This document shows, one piece after another, positions 19,073 through 29,308 of a stretch of DNA of 64,000 nt (its first letter is position 1; every line of letters begins with the position of its first letter). The position numbers were made by a program, and so were the translations under genes. The stretch is from a virus. The stretch lies in the IMG/VR virus record IMGVR_UViG_3300030419_005456, positions 32,001-96,000 of that record; one strand, given 5' to 3'. A model generated the notes under the pieces. That model made no database searches, was not told the origin of the DNA, and saw nothing but the letters and a program-made list of their open reading frames with translations.

Positions 19073-21068
19073 CGTAAAATCCCCTTATTGTTTTCGCTAT
19101 GTCTCGTATTTGATGTATGCTCAACCACCACCCCACCGGTATACAAAGCATTTTCTCTGTAACTTCATCCATTACTGGAAGATTCTGCTTGTCGTATTTT
19201 ACTAATGCGGCATGCTTGTCATTTCTGGCGTGAACAGGACTTGATTCAATATGATCCTCTTTCAAAAACTCTATTAGCTCGTTTCTTCTGTTTGCCAATA
19301 TTGTAAAAAGCCAGTAGCTTGATTTATTTCGCGGATCATTTTCTAGCAAGCGAACATTCTTCATGCCTGATAGTTCTTGGTAATATACAGCAGCGTTTTG
19401 TCTTTGTGCTTCTATATTCTCTTCAATATAAGGATAATTGCATAGCCCAATTGCTGACGCTATATCATTCATATGAAATTTATAGCCAGCATCTTTTATG
19501 GGAAGACCGCTTCTGAAAGTTACATTATTATCTCTATCTAAACCGAACCATCTTTTTCTTCTGGCTTTTGCGGTAAATTCTGGCGGTGTTATCAAAAGCC
19601 CACCATCACCGGTAGTTAAAGACTTGATCGCTTGAAAACTAAAGCAAGAAAAATCAATAATGTTGCCTCCGACCAAATTTCCATGCCAAGTGGAACCCCA
19701 AGCATGAGCGCAATCCTCTATAACATATAAATTCTTATTATATTTCCCTGCGTATCTTCTTTTTATGGAATTTAGTTTCTTATAATCTATTGGATACCCA
19801 CCCCAGTGAACAAAGCTAACAATCCTTGTTTTTTCTGTAAGCATCCCTTCTAGTTTATCTAGGTCGATATTCAATGTGTCTTTAGATATATCGCACCATT
19901 TAATTGATATGTCATTATGGACAAACGGAAAGATGCCCGCCGCGCAGGTCAAAGGACTGCAAATAGCTATGTCCTTCTTTGTTAATTTTTCTTTTTGCTT
20001 AACAAGGTCTATAGCCAAATGAATAGCAGATGTACATGAATTAACCGTCACTATATTTTTGCTGCTAAAGTGCGATGAAAGAGTTTTTTCAAACACTTTA
20101 TTCTCTGGCCCTTGGGCTAGCTGTCCAGACCACAAAACTTCACTAACTTTTCTTGGGGCTTCGTCAGACATAAAAACCTTGAAGAGCTTTCTGTCTGGGC
20201 TTGGAAGATGAGATCTTCCTATACTTATGAGGTTTTGTATCTCCTTTAGCTTTTCCTTTTCGTGTCGCTGTTGAATCCCTTTAGGAGAATACCCATCCTC
20301 TCCTCTGGATTTTATTTTCATCCTTACATGTATGCCAAAAAGACAATCTTTCCAAAAGTAGATGTTCTTTGCTTGTGATGGAGGCTCTAACTGATATGTA
20401 TTCTGCATTGTTGATTCTGTGAAGTTATATTCTCTTTCGGGGTGTTCTTTGAGAATCCTTCTTACATTTTTATCTGCAACACTTTGGCTAACCGATTCGT
20501 ATGGAAAATCAAGGTGGTCTAAATAAACCTTTGTTCCTGTGTCTCCTTTGTAGAGATCTGTTGGTTGTGGAGTAAAATCAAACTTCGACATGTCCACCAT
20601 CTTCGTATCCACAAACAAACAATAAACACAAGGAAATGTACTAGAAGGTCTAGTACTTCCGTCTATTGCGTATGGTGTACCAAAGAAAGCAAGACCATTA
20701 TCGTTCATGTGATTGATTATGGTCTCTAAAGGTGGGGAGATATAAAAATCAGGATCTAAGAAGAGAGCATATCTTGTGTTAATGTGTTCGAGCGATTTGT
20801 TTAAGCCCGCAGCATGGTGCCAACTTCCAACGTGAATAGCACGGTTCTTCTTCGGAACTTTTACATATTTTTGCGATATGCCATTTATAATGGTGAAATT
20901 TTCTATACCCTCAAGCTCTTCAAGCTTTTTTGCTGGGGTGTTGTTCACAATAAGCCATTTGAGGTCTTTTGTGTTGTAGTGTGACATTGATTTCCAGTTT
21001 GATTTTATAAACTGAGTACAATTCCAAGCCGCACTAACTATCGTTATGTCTTTATTTGTTAGTCTCAT
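19065..21068 (-). CDS. Fusion of a GT-A glycosyltransferase and a DegT/DnrJ PLP-dependent sugar aminotransferase
   Basis: N-terminal LIVNN...HAAGLN...LFLDPD; C-terminal NSCTSAIHLA, VHWGG, IEDCAHA, FSFQAIKSLTTGDGG. Confidence 0.85.
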   Translation of the reverse strand: MRLTNKDITIVSAAWNCTQFIKSNWKSMSHYNTKDLKWLIVNNTPAKKLEELEGIENFTIINGISQKYVKVPKKNRAIHVGSWHHAAGLNKSLEHINTRYALFLDPDFYISPPLETIINHMNDNGLAFFGTPYAIDGSTRPSSTFPCVYCLFVDTKMVDMSKFDFTPQPTDLYKGDTGTKVYLDHLDFPYESVSQSVADKNVRRILKEHPEREYNFTESTMQNTYQLEPPSQAKNIYFWKDCLFGIHVRMKIKSRGEDGYSPKGIQQRHEKEKLKEIQNLISIGRSHLPSPDRKLFKVFMSDEAPRKVSEVLWSGQLAQGPENKVFEKTLSSHFSSKNIVTVNSCTSAIHLAIDLVKQKEKLTKKDIAICSPLTCAAGIFPFVHNDISIKWCDISKDTLNIDLDKLEGMLTEKTRIVSFVHWGGYPIDYKKLNSIKRRYAGKYNKNLYVIEDCAHAWGSTWHGNLVGGNIIDFSCFSFQAIKSLTTGDGGLLITPPEFTAKARRKRWFGLDRDNNVTFRSGLPIKDAGYKFHMNDIASAIGLCNYPYIEENIEAQRQNAAVYYQELSGMKNVRLLENDPRNKSSYWLFTILANRRNELIEFLKEDHIESSPVHARNDKHAALVKYDKQNLPVMDEVTEKMLCIPVGWWLSIHQIRDIAKTIRGFYGE

Positions 21069-21655
21069 CTTCTTGTAACCTTTGCTAACCTCAGATGTAT
21101 GTCATTCTTTTCAACAATCTCAAGAGGGTCAAGCCTTTCGACATTGTATCCATCGTCTTTTTCCAAGCTGTCAATCAAATTCTTGCATCCAAAATCATCT
21201 CTGTTTTCGTAGTAATCGTCAAATATAACAACCGTTTCTCTGTCCATTAGATGTTTGACATACCCCCAGTCGCTAGCGATTGTTTCTACTGAATGTCCCC
21301 CGTCAATGAATACAAAATCTATGAATCTATCTGGCGAAAACTTTTTTAGCGTGTTTTTTGTGTTACCGACATGGAGCTTATTGTTTATACCCGCTTTGTC
21401 TAGTCTCAGTTTTGTCTTTCCGAGTTTGGCTGATCTTTTTCCGTTAAATTCTGACTCCATAAATTCCTTGTCGCCCCAATCAAAAATATCAAAGCCGTAA
21501 TAAAAAACATCATCGTTTCGTCCGACGTGTTTTTTTGCTTCATTTACCATGTGAATCGCACTGTTTCCACAATGTGTCCCAATTTCCAATATGGTTTTGG
21601 GCTTTCTTTTGGCCACTTCTTCAATTAGCGTTACATATCGCCCACGTAGTGCCAT
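21065..21655 (-). CDS. Class I SAM methyltransferase (Methyltransf_24-like)
   Basis: ILEIGTHCGNS, GFDIF, FVFIDGGHS, VIFDDY. Confidence 0.85.
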   Translation of the reverse strand: MALRGRYVTLIEEVAKRKPKTILEIGTHCGNSAIHMVNEAKKHVGRNDDVFYYGFDIFDWGDKEFMESEFNGKRSAKLGKTKLRLDKAGINNKLHVGNTKNTLKKFSPDRFIDFVFIDGGHSVETIASDWGYVKHLMDRETVVIFDDYYENRDDFGCKNLIDSLEKDDGYNVERLDPLEIVEKNDIHLRLAKVTRR

Positions 21656-22380
21656 GCTTCACCTGACCTTATTTCTTCTAGAGTCCATTGTTGATAAGCT
21701 AAGTTTTTAAAAAATCTTCTATCCATAGGTGGATTTTCTATATCCTCAATTTTACCTAAAGTTCTAGCGGGATTTGTGAATATCACTGGAACCCCTTTAA
21801 CTAAAGCGTCAATTCCTGCGTTGGAATGGTCTGTGACCAAGGCCCAAGCGTTTTTTATTGCGCTTTCTATAGGATTGTCGTATTTGCTAGATACCACAAT
21901 TTTCCTATCGGTATGTTTTTTTAGTTCTGATATTGTTGACCTGAGCCACCCCTCTAACCCCAAGAATTCCTCCATGTATTCTGAAGGTGGAACAACTACA
22001 ATATGATCTCCGTTTTTTCTCCAATCCTTTAAGCTTATATTGAAGCTTTTAAATCTATCCTCTGGGTAATTTCCTTTTCCGTTATGCCATAAGCTATTAT
22101 GGGTTATCCTGTAATAGCCATCATACATTTCTGGTAAGGTAGATCGCAAAAAGTACCCATGATCTATATGCCAATAATCCCTAGCCCTGTTTATACCTTC
22201 TCCTGCACCACGAAGTATTCCGTAGCTGGCAACACGAGGAATGATAGCGCCAATGGTTGCCATCATTTGCAATTTGCTAATATGTATAATCTCGCCTCCA
22301 CACCCATCAGAAAACGCTTTTCCTACAACCTTGCTTCTTTCGTGGGTTGTAATGATTGTTTTCGGTGGAGACACCTTCAT
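21631..22380 (-). CDS. KpsS/KpsC (GT107)-like glycosyltransferase
   Basis: IDHGYF, VTDHSNAGIDALVKGVPV, AYQQWTLEEIRSG. Confidence 0.6.
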   Translation of the reverse strand: MKVSPPKTIITTHERSKVVGKAFSDGCGGEIIHISKLQMMATIGAIIPRVASYGILRGAGEGINRARDYWHIDHGYFLRSTLPEMYDGYYRITHNSLWHNGKGNYPEDRFKSFNISLKDWRKNGDHIVVVPPSEYMEEFLGLEGWLRSTISELKKHTDRKIVVSSKYDNPIESAIKNAWALVTDHSNAGIDALVKGVPVIFTNPARTLGKIEDIENPPMDRRFFKNLAYQQWTLEEIRSGEAWHYVGDM

Positions 22381-22381
22381 T

Positions 22382-23158
22382 CTACTCAGGATTAATCGAC
22401 CCTTTCATGCTGGGAAGGCCGTGTTTTTTCCAATGTATGCCTTTGTTGTGGAATATATAATCGGCAAATGGTCCATACTCAACCACGTTGCTTTCGTGAC
22501 AGTTGGCAACATCTCTGGTCGGGATTTGGGGGTTTTCTTCCACAACTTTTCTAAATACGTACCCATCGTCCCATCGTAAATATTCTCTAAACTCACCGCT
22601 TCTAAACTTATTGATCACTAAACCCAGAATAACGGCTCCCATTTCTTTTAGATTAAATCCGATTATGCCAGATTCTATACCGGTGTTGGATTCCCTTCTG
22701 TAGCTTCCCAGATGATAAAACATGGAAGCACCGTCAAAAATCTTATCTATGTTTTCTGCTGGTAGTTTTTTAGTGAAGATTGTGTCCGAGTCTATAAAGA
22801 TGATGGCGTCATACTCGTGTTTATAATCAAGAGCCTTATTCAGGGCTACTATTTTTCTAAACCACTGAGAAGCTCTATTGTTAAACTTTTGAGCTTTACC
22901 ATATTCTCCCTCAAATTTTCCACCAAGAAAGGTAGGTATAATATCTTCGTTTTCTTTGAGCCATTGAGCTAACCACTCGTCTTGCTCTAAATTATAGAAG
23001 ATAAACTTTCTATGCTTCGGTATTTCCTCGTCAATACCATCTTCGTATGTAATCAAAAGATCTCCTTCTGTTTTGTTAAAAACAAAGGACTCTATCATTT
23101 TCTTACCAGTAGCTTCGTAAAGCTTTTTGTTAAACGATGTTACATATAATGTTTTCAT
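22382..23158 (-). CDS. GT-A nucleotide-diphospho-sugar transferase
   Basis: FRKIVAL, IFIDSD (DxD), ESGIIGFN, DDGYVF, H.KG. Confidence 0.7.
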   Translation of the reverse strand: MKTLYVTSFNKKLYEATGKKMIESFVFNKTEGDLLITYEDGIDEEIPKHRKFIFYNLEQDEWLAQWLKENEDIIPTFLGGKFEGEYGKAQKFNNRASQWFRKIVALNKALDYKHEYDAIIFIDSDTIFTKKLPAENIDKIFDGASMFYHLGSYRRESNTGIESGIIGFNLKEMGAVILGLVINKFRSGEFREYLRWDDGYVFRKVVEENPQIPTRDVANCHESNVVEYGPFADYIFHNKGIHWKKHGLPSMKGSINPE

Positions 23159-23165
23159 TTTGTCC

Positions 23166-23834
23166 TCAAAAAGAGTAGAGCATAAGGCATTTGTTTTTTA
23201 GGATTATGCGACTAGCTCCGAGAGCTTCCATAAGGTCACAGCATCGGTCTTTGTCTTCGTTAATTTCAAATACCACTACGGGCTTATTTTTCTTCAGGGT
23301 TTCTATAGCCCCTTTGAGAACCCTTAGTTCGTGACCTTGGGTGTCAATTTTAATTAGTCCAACATTATCAAAATCGTGAGAGTCCAACGTTCTTACAGCT
23401 ACCACATCATCCGGGCCAAACACTCGATTCTTTAGTCTGGCATTGTAGGTTATCATGCAGTCTCCACAATTTTTTACGCTTTCAACCATATATCCAGTTG
23501 AATTTCTATCTGATAGCCCGTGCGTAAAAATATCTACATTGTTTATCGTTTCAAGATTTTTATTTAGGCACTCTAGGTTTTTTTGAACAGGTTCAAAGGC
23601 ATGAACTTTTTTAAATAACTGAGAGAGAGGTCTGCTCCATATACCTACGTTCGCTCCGACATCAACAAAAGCCCCAAAGTTGGTGACATGGCCCATTGCA
23701 GCTTCCCTAACTTTTCTTTCGTAGTATAGGTCTGTATGCATTGGGTTGGAATTTGGCTTCTTGTGTTCTAGTATCTTTTTTGTGATGAGTTCATCACCGT
23801 CAGGAACTGACCATACTTCATTTAGTGCTTGCAT
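23166..23834 (-). CDS. FkbM family methyltransferase
   Basis: VDVGANVG, AFEP, LIKIDTQGHE..VLKGA. Confidence 0.9.
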   Translation of the reverse strand: MQALNEVWSVPDGDELITKKILEHKKPNSNPMHTDLYYERKVREAAMGHVTNFGAFVDVGANVGIWSRPLSQLFKKVHAFEPVQKNLECLNKNLETINNVDIFTHGLSDRNSTGYMVESVKNCGDCMITYNARLKNRVFGPDDVVAVRTLDSHDFDNVGLIKIDTQGHELRVLKGAIETLKKNKPVVVFEINEDKDRCCDLMEALGASRIILKNKCLMLYSF

Positions 23835-24795
23835 TAATTTGTTTCCTTAATCTTTGCCAAGGTAACCCTTCTTTCATTTCCGCAAGGGACCATTCGGCAT
23901 ATGATATATCATATAACCATTGTTTTCTATTTGGCTTGCCTATTTTCTCTATCTTTTTAATACTGTGTTCAGCAACATCGTAAGCCAAGCAAATAGGGTC
24001 TTCAGTTATTACTGGAATACCATTAAATACAGCGTCAACCGCTCCATTTGACGTTCTTGTTATGGCGCACCAAGCATTTTTTAAGTCCTCTTTAATCGGA
24101 ACTTTTGTGGCGTCGGTGATTGTTATATCACTTACGTCTTCGGGTGGTCTGATCCTATTTCTTATTTCCTTGTCGCCTATAGGGTGTGTTCTAAAAACAA
24201 TCGGCCTGTCTGTATATTCTCTAACCCTTTTAACTAGGTTGTGGTAGTAATCCGTTGGGTCTGTCCAGAGATTAGACATTGGGTCGCTTTCAGTACCTAC
24301 ATGAGACAGGCCAGCACCATAATGTGTTTGACCGATAATCAGAATGTGGTCTCCCGAAGTTCGCCACTCCTTGATTCTAATTTTTCTTTTTTGAAACCTG
24401 TCACTGGGGCTATTTTCGTTGTAGAAATTTGCTCCGCGTTTGATTCCATCAACACCAATAGCAAAATACCTTTGATGTGTATCTTTTTTGCGATTGTCTT
24501 CTAAAATTCCACAATCTAATATTATCCTTTGCTTATTCATTTCTATCTGTTTGTTTTTTATAACAACTCTTAGATAGCCTTCTTCAGCCATTCCAGCCGG
24601 ATCGGAATGAAAACAAAGAGATTCGTATCTAGTAACTTCAGCTACTTGAAAAGATGTGTCACAATGTTCTAATTTGTGAATGTCGTCTTTACATTTTATA
24701 TGCTCTACTTCGTCTCCAGAACTAACCACACCTTCAGTGAAGGAATTCATTATGTCTTCCAATCCCCTTTTTGTGTGACATATAGCAACTTTCAT
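23818..24795 (-). CDS. KpsS/KpsC (GT107)-like glycosyltransferase
   Basis: FRTHP, ITRTSNGAVDAVFNGIPVI, SYAEWSLAEMKEG. Confidence 0.6.
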   Translation of the reverse strand: MKVAICHTKRGLEDIMNSFTEGVVSSGDEVEHIKCKDDIHKLEHCDTSFQVAEVTRYESLCFHSDPAGMAEEGYLRVVIKNKQIEMNKQRIILDCGILEDNRKKDTHQRYFAIGVDGIKRGANFYNENSPSDRFQKRKIRIKEWRTSGDHILIIGQTHYGAGLSHVGTESDPMSNLWTDPTDYYHNLVKRVREYTDRPIVFRTHPIGDKEIRNRIRPPEDVSDITITDATKVPIKEDLKNAWCAITRTSNGAVDAVFNGIPVITEDPICLAYDVAEHSIKKIEKIGKPNRKQWLYDISYAEWSLAEMKEGLPWQRLRKQINASTK

Positions 24796-25496
24796 GCAAT
24801 CGCTTCCTTCTCTTTAATTTCTTTGAGGGCTTCTAGCCACTCTTCTGCATAATCGCAGTCTTGGTAATTTTCAAACCACGGACCACCATTTGTGTAATGA
24901 ACAACGGCTGGGATTGTTTCTGGTTTGTCATACTCCCCTTCAAGCCAATTCCACTCTAGGGGCAGACTGCCTATTTCTTCGTCCTCTAGCCATGAAAATC
25001 TGTGCAAAAAAGCTCCTGTCGCATTGCTGGCCTGATATGGTCCGATAATTTTATTCTTTGGGTGTCCACAATTCCACAAAACGCAACTCGACCAGTTTTT
25101 CCTTGGGTACGCAACCTGTTTTTGTCCATCCATTTTTACCATTGTTCTTGGGACATAATCGTGCTGAACACACATGACGGCGTACTTATCATCAGCCATA
25201 GCAAACAGTTCTGAAATATCTTTCGAGAACATAAAATCACAGTCTACAAATAAAGCCCATCCTTCATAGTTGCAAAGATATGGAACAAGGAATCTTGTGT
25301 AGGTAAATTCTACAGAAGCCCCTTCTCCCGGTTTATCATCCGTTCGACTGTAAAGCCCCGCTTTTCTTACATCTTCTTGCTTGATTGGGTAGACTTCCAA
25401 ATTTTCCGAAGAACAGTGTTTGGCAAGCGTGTGCTGGGCTACTTTGTAGGCATCTACCTCTCTGGAATCCCATCCTATAAAAACCTTCATTCCCAT
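24792..25496 (-). CDS. GT8-like glycosyltransferase
   Basis: VFIGWDSRE, EFTYTRFLVP, FVDCD, KNWSS, EWNWL, HYTNGGPW. Confidence 0.85.
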   Translation of the reverse strand: MGMKVFIGWDSREVDAYKVAQHTLAKHCSSENLEVYPIKQEDVRKAGLYSRTDDKPGEGASVEFTYTRFLVPYLCNYEGWALFVDCDFMFSKDISELFAMADDKYAVMCVQHDYVPRTMVKMDGQKQVAYPRKNWSSCVLWNCGHPKNKIIGPYQASNATGAFLHRFSWLEDEEIGSLPLEWNWLEGEYDKPETIPAVVHYTNGGPWFENYQDCDYAEEWLEALKEIKEKEAIA

Positions 25497-26866
25497 CGTC
25501 TCCTATCAAGAAAAAGCTGTAAATCTTCTGGAGTACCCAAACCCCACATTTTTTCTATGTCGAATGTTTTTATCTTTTTTCCGTCTTCAATTGCTTCATT
25601 GAAAACTGGACATACATAAAATTCATTATTGACCCGTTTATTCTTTTGTATCATCTGTTCAGCATATTTTACATAATCACTACCTTTAGACCAATAATAA
25701 ATGCCAACAGTTGCCTTGTTACTAATTGGCTTTTTCTCAGCCACCTCGGTAACAAAACCATCTTTATCTAACTTAGCAAAGCTCCATTTTGGGTGTACCG
25801 ATTCAAATGTTAATATGCCGCCATCAACACCATCGGCTTGCATTGAGTAGAGAAACTCCCCGCTTACCCATTCAACAAATTGGTCTGAATTTGCCGTTAG
25901 TAAAGGTTGGTCGTTATCTATAAACTCTTTTGCTAGCAATGTTGTACATGCAGCACCCTCTGTCAATCCGTCAACCTGAACTATTTTGCAGTTTGGCGTG
26001 ATTAGATTAAGAAGGTACTGTAGATTATATTTGTCGTAGTGGTCTTTTTGCACTATGTAAATATATTCTGCCTCTATGCCAAGATTTTCAACAACCGTTT
26101 GAATCATTGGCTTTCCATTTACCTCGATCAAAGGTTTTGGAAATGTATATCCAGCTTGCTCAAATCTAGATCCAGCCCCAGCCATGGGTATTAATACTTT
26201 CATGTTTCCACCTTGCCATTTGCGTTTTGTGATTACGCCCTCTGCTTCATCTATAGCCCTGTTTATGTTTTCGAGGTTTACATCTTTTAATCCTTGAACC
26301 CCTAAAAGATGCCCGCCAGACTCACGCGCGGCTTCCCTGCCTATCTTGGAGTCTTCGATAATAAGGGTTTCTTTTGGTTTAACCCTCGCCTCAACCATGC
26401 ACCTTAGATAGATTTCAGGATGTGGTTTTGGATGTCCCACGTCTTGGTTAGAAAAATACTCATCAATATGATCTAAATAACCCGCCCTCAGTAACATTAA
26501 TTGCATGCTAGAGCGTATGGAGTTAGACGCACAGTAAACTTTATAACCCCTACTCTTTAGTCCACGCAAAACGGAAACGATTCTTTTGTGGTCATGTGAA
26601 TTAACTCGCTCTTTGATAATGTCGTGTGTGTATTCTTGCTTTTTGTTGTAAATCTCAGTAAAAAACTCCTGCGGCAGACCTTTCTCGTCTTTGAGAATAA
26701 GCATTTTCTTTCCGGTGGAAAGACCATCATACTTAGCTAAATGCTCTTCTCTTGAGATTACGTACTTTTCATCTATAGACGCCAACGCCCTATTAAAGGC
26801 GTCGTAATGAAAATCACGAGCCTCTACTAAAACTCCATCTAAATCAAAAACTATCAGCTTAATCAT
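25487..26866 (-). CDS. HAD phosphatase fused to a sugar-phosphate nucleotidyltransferase
   Basis: FDLDGVL, KPHP, IEDS; second domain IPMAGAGSRF...PKPLI, NSDQ, GLGTPEDL. Confidence 0.9.
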   Translation of the reverse strand: MIKLIVFDLDGVLVEARDFHYDAFNRALASIDEKYVISREEHLAKYDGLSTGKKMLILKDEKGLPQEFFTEIYNKKQEYTHDIIKERVNSHDHKRIVSVLRGLKSRGYKVYCASNSIRSSMQLMLLRAGYLDHIDEYFSNQDVGHPKPHPEIYLRCMVEARVKPKETLIIEDSKIGREAARESGGHLLGVQGLKDVNLENINRAIDEAEGVITKRKWQGGNMKVLIPMAGAGSRFEQAGYTFPKPLIEVNGKPMIQTVVENLGIEAEYIYIVQKDHYDKYNLQYLLNLITPNCKIVQVDGLTEGAACTTLLAKEFIDNDQPLLTANSDQFVEWVSGEFLYSMQADGVDGGILTFESVHPKWSFAKLDKDGFVTEVAEKKPISNKATVGIYYWSKGSDYVKYAEQMIQKNKRVNNEFYVCPVFNEAIEDGKKIKTFDIEKMWGLGTPEDLQLFLDRRRWE

Positions 26867-27564
26867 GAATAACGTTTGCCTCTTAACTTCATCGGAAAAT
26901 CTATTCTTTTTACTGGTATATTTTCTTTAGTTAAATGATACTTTAACAAGTGTTCTGGATGCACCATTTGGCCGAAGTGTGCGTTTGCATATACAGGAAC
27001 ATAGTGATACAAAGACATATAAGTGGTCATTAATTCTTTAGACCCAAAAGCAAAAGAATCCTGATAACCATCTCTTCCGTCTGTCCCATAAGGTATTACT
27101 AAATTTTCGCTGTTTAAATCTTCGTCGGTAATTTTTCTGTCATAAGTAATTTCTGTTCTACACCTAAAAACAACATCGTATTCATCTACTGAATTCTTCG
27201 GCAATAAGCCAAGGCATTTTGAGTTTGTGTAAAGCATGCACATCATGCGCTCCACGCTAGTTTCGGGAGCTTTGTTCTCTCTGAGGTAACTTCTTTTAGC
27301 CAGAAGATCTCGAACAACCTCCAAGTACTTGTCACAAGATGTAAAATGATAACCTGCCGGTTTGTATAAATCTAGAAATTCTTCTTCTGTTCCATTTTCA
27401 GAAAATCTCTGGGTTACGTTGTCCTTTTGAAAGTTGCTGGGTGAGAATTTCCACGCATAAACATATACGTCTGCATTTGTAGGACGAATGATATTCTCAA
27501 ACAGGGACTCGTAGCAATCTTTAAAGTTTCTAAGCTGTCCCGATAAACAAACTGCTGCTCTCAT
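26863..27564 (-). CDS. Putative glycosyltransferase of the 'AVCLSGQLR' family
   Basis: AVCLSGQLRNF, YDVVFRCR, DSFAFG, HPE. Confidence 0.55.
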   Translation of the reverse strand: MRAAVCLSGQLRNFKDCYESLFENIIRPTNADVYVYAWKFSPSNFQKDNVTQRFSENGTEEEFLDLYKPAGYHFTSCDKYLEVVRDLLAKRSYLRENKAPETSVERMMCMLYTNSKCLGLLPKNSVDEYDVVFRCRTEITYDRKITDEDLNSENLVIPYGTDGRDGYQDSFAFGSKELMTTYMSLYHYVPVYANAHFGQMVHPEHLLKYHLTKENIPVKRIDFPMKLRGKRYS

Positions 27565-28262
27565 AGCTTCTTTCTTGGTGTAATACCTTGTTCACAATTG
27601 CTAAAGATACCTTTGTCGTGAATGATTTTAGGTATCACATAAAAGGAATTGATTTCATGGTGCATGCCGTTTAATTGTGAATCAATTGGATTGATAGGAT
27701 CTAGTTCTAGAATTTTGTTGAACATGCCTCTTCTAATAATCACCCCGTGTAGGCCACCGCATGTAAAGTGAGCTTCCGAAACTTTGCCAACAGAAATGCT
27801 TCCGTGTTCGTTGTATAATCTTTCCGCAGTTAGATTCCACTCGTCATCAGCCTCTCCTATCCACCAGCCGAGAAATAAAATGTCGTATGGCAAGGAATCA
27901 ATATTTGTTTGTTTATCAAGTTTTTCCAGTACGTCGTCAAATCTTTCTGTAAAATAAGCGTCATCCTCTAGTAAAAGAATACTATTAAGCCCGTCTTCTT
28001 TGGCTTTTTGGATTATGGCTTGATGGGACATAAAGGCGTTGTAGTGGTTAATCTTTGTAACTTCGTTTCCGTAGCTCCAATTTTCCACTGGAGGGTTTGG
28101 GTCGTCTACCCTATCGTATTCTGATGCGTCTAGCGTTTTGCCATCTCCAACCACAAACCTTTCAAACTCAAGACCTTTAGCGAGACATTGCTTTTCTAAG
28201 TCGAGCCACTCTTCTTTTCTTTTGTCTAAACATAAACAAACAGCTTTATCTATTCCGAGCAT
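27561..28262 (-). CDS. GT25-like glycosyltransferase
   Basis: CLDKR..., SHQAI, LLLEDDA, LFLG, PID. Confidence 0.75.
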   Translation of the reverse strand: MLGIDKAVCLCLDKRKEEWLDLEKQCLAKGLEFERFVVGDGKTLDASEYDRVDDPNPPVENWSYGNEVTKINHYNAFMSHQAIIQKAKEDGLNSILLLEDDAYFTERFDDVLEKLDKQTNIDSLPYDILFLGWWIGEADDEWNLTAERLYNEHGSISVGKVSEAHFTCGGLHGVIIRRGMFNKILELDPINPIDSQLNGMHHEINSFYVIPKIIHDKGIFSNCEQGITPRKKL

Positions 28263-29308
28263 TTTTTCATTTCACTTAAAAAATATTTGGCCATAGCTTC
28301 TGTAGTCAGATGCTTTTCTGTATACTCTCTAAATCTTTTTAAGAGAGAGGTGTATTCATAGAAGTCAAAGTTCTTTCTGTCTATATAGCCCCTATCCTCT
28401 CCCGGCAGTATCTGCTTAGACGTTCCTATAAAGGTATCTTTTTGAGGGTTATAAGGTCTAATTGTACCGGGGTGTAAACCACTGAGCTTTTTCGCTTCAA
28501 CACACAGGTCTTTTGGAAAGTTAAAAAGTGTGTTTGTGGGGCATTTTTCTATGTCTGTAAAATATGGTATAGAACCGCAAGCAAGTATCTCATAGTGCCT
28601 CATACAGTCCCAACCGGCCTGCATGTCATCTTCTCTGGCTTTTTTGCAGGTATAGGCAAAGTAGCTTTGCGAATACATGTCATAATATGAATCTTCGGTG
28701 TCATATATATAGGTTTTTTGATGGGGGTCATCAAAGTGCATGTAGGCAGGAACTAGAGGAGCAAAATCAAACTGTCTTGTAAATGCCTCTTCCTCTCTTA
28801 TTTTTTCTTTAGGTAGAGAAAAGGAAATAGGTTTAGCTATTGAAGAGTATTGCTCCGCAAGTTCTCTTTTAAAGTAAACGCCGAGAGAAGCAAGTTTCGC
28901 ATTAATCGGTTGTCTATCCCAACCATCTACGATGGCGACTTGTTTTTTGTCGTAATAGCTCAGTATTGATAGAATTGTTGCTGTAGTGCTATTAGGATTA
29001 TTTATCTCCGTATGATGTATTGGGCATACGATCATATCATAATACTTGTTTCTTATCTTGCCCCCTATATCATCTCTATCCACTTCGAGATCCGGCAATA
29101 GGCCATAAGTAGTAAAACCCTTGCCCCATAGATCCTTTAATTTATTATCGTCAGCATCGTCGTAAAGATGCCACAGTTTGGCACAATCTACTACATCTTC
29201 CCCAAGAAGAGACCTAAGACCATGAAACAACGTATCTGACTGATAGTCTCCAACATTTTTTGAGTTTAAATTACACTCATATATGATTGGGCAATATAGA
29301 ATTTTCAT
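28250..29308 (-). CDS. GT-B-like glycosyltransferase
   Basis: DYQSDTLFHGLR, YFKREL, GWDCMRHYEILACG. Confidence 0.6.
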   Translation of the reverse strand: MKILYCPIIYECNLNSKNVGDYQSDTLFHGLRSLLGEDVVDCAKLWHLYDDADDNKLKDLWGKGFTTYGLLPDLEVDRDDIGGKIRNKYYDMIVCPIHHTEINNPNSTTATILSILSYYDKKQVAIVDGWDRQPINAKLASLGVYFKRELAEQYSSIAKPISFSLPKEKIREEEAFTRQFDFAPLVPAYMHFDDPHQKTYIYDTEDSYYDMYSQSYFAYTCKKAREDDMQAGWDCMRHYEILACGSIPYFTDIEKCPTNTLFNFPKDLCVEAKKLSGLHPGTIRPYNPQKDTFIGTSKQILPGEDRGYIDRKNFDFYEYTSLLKRFREYTEKHLTTEAMAKYFLSEMKKCSE

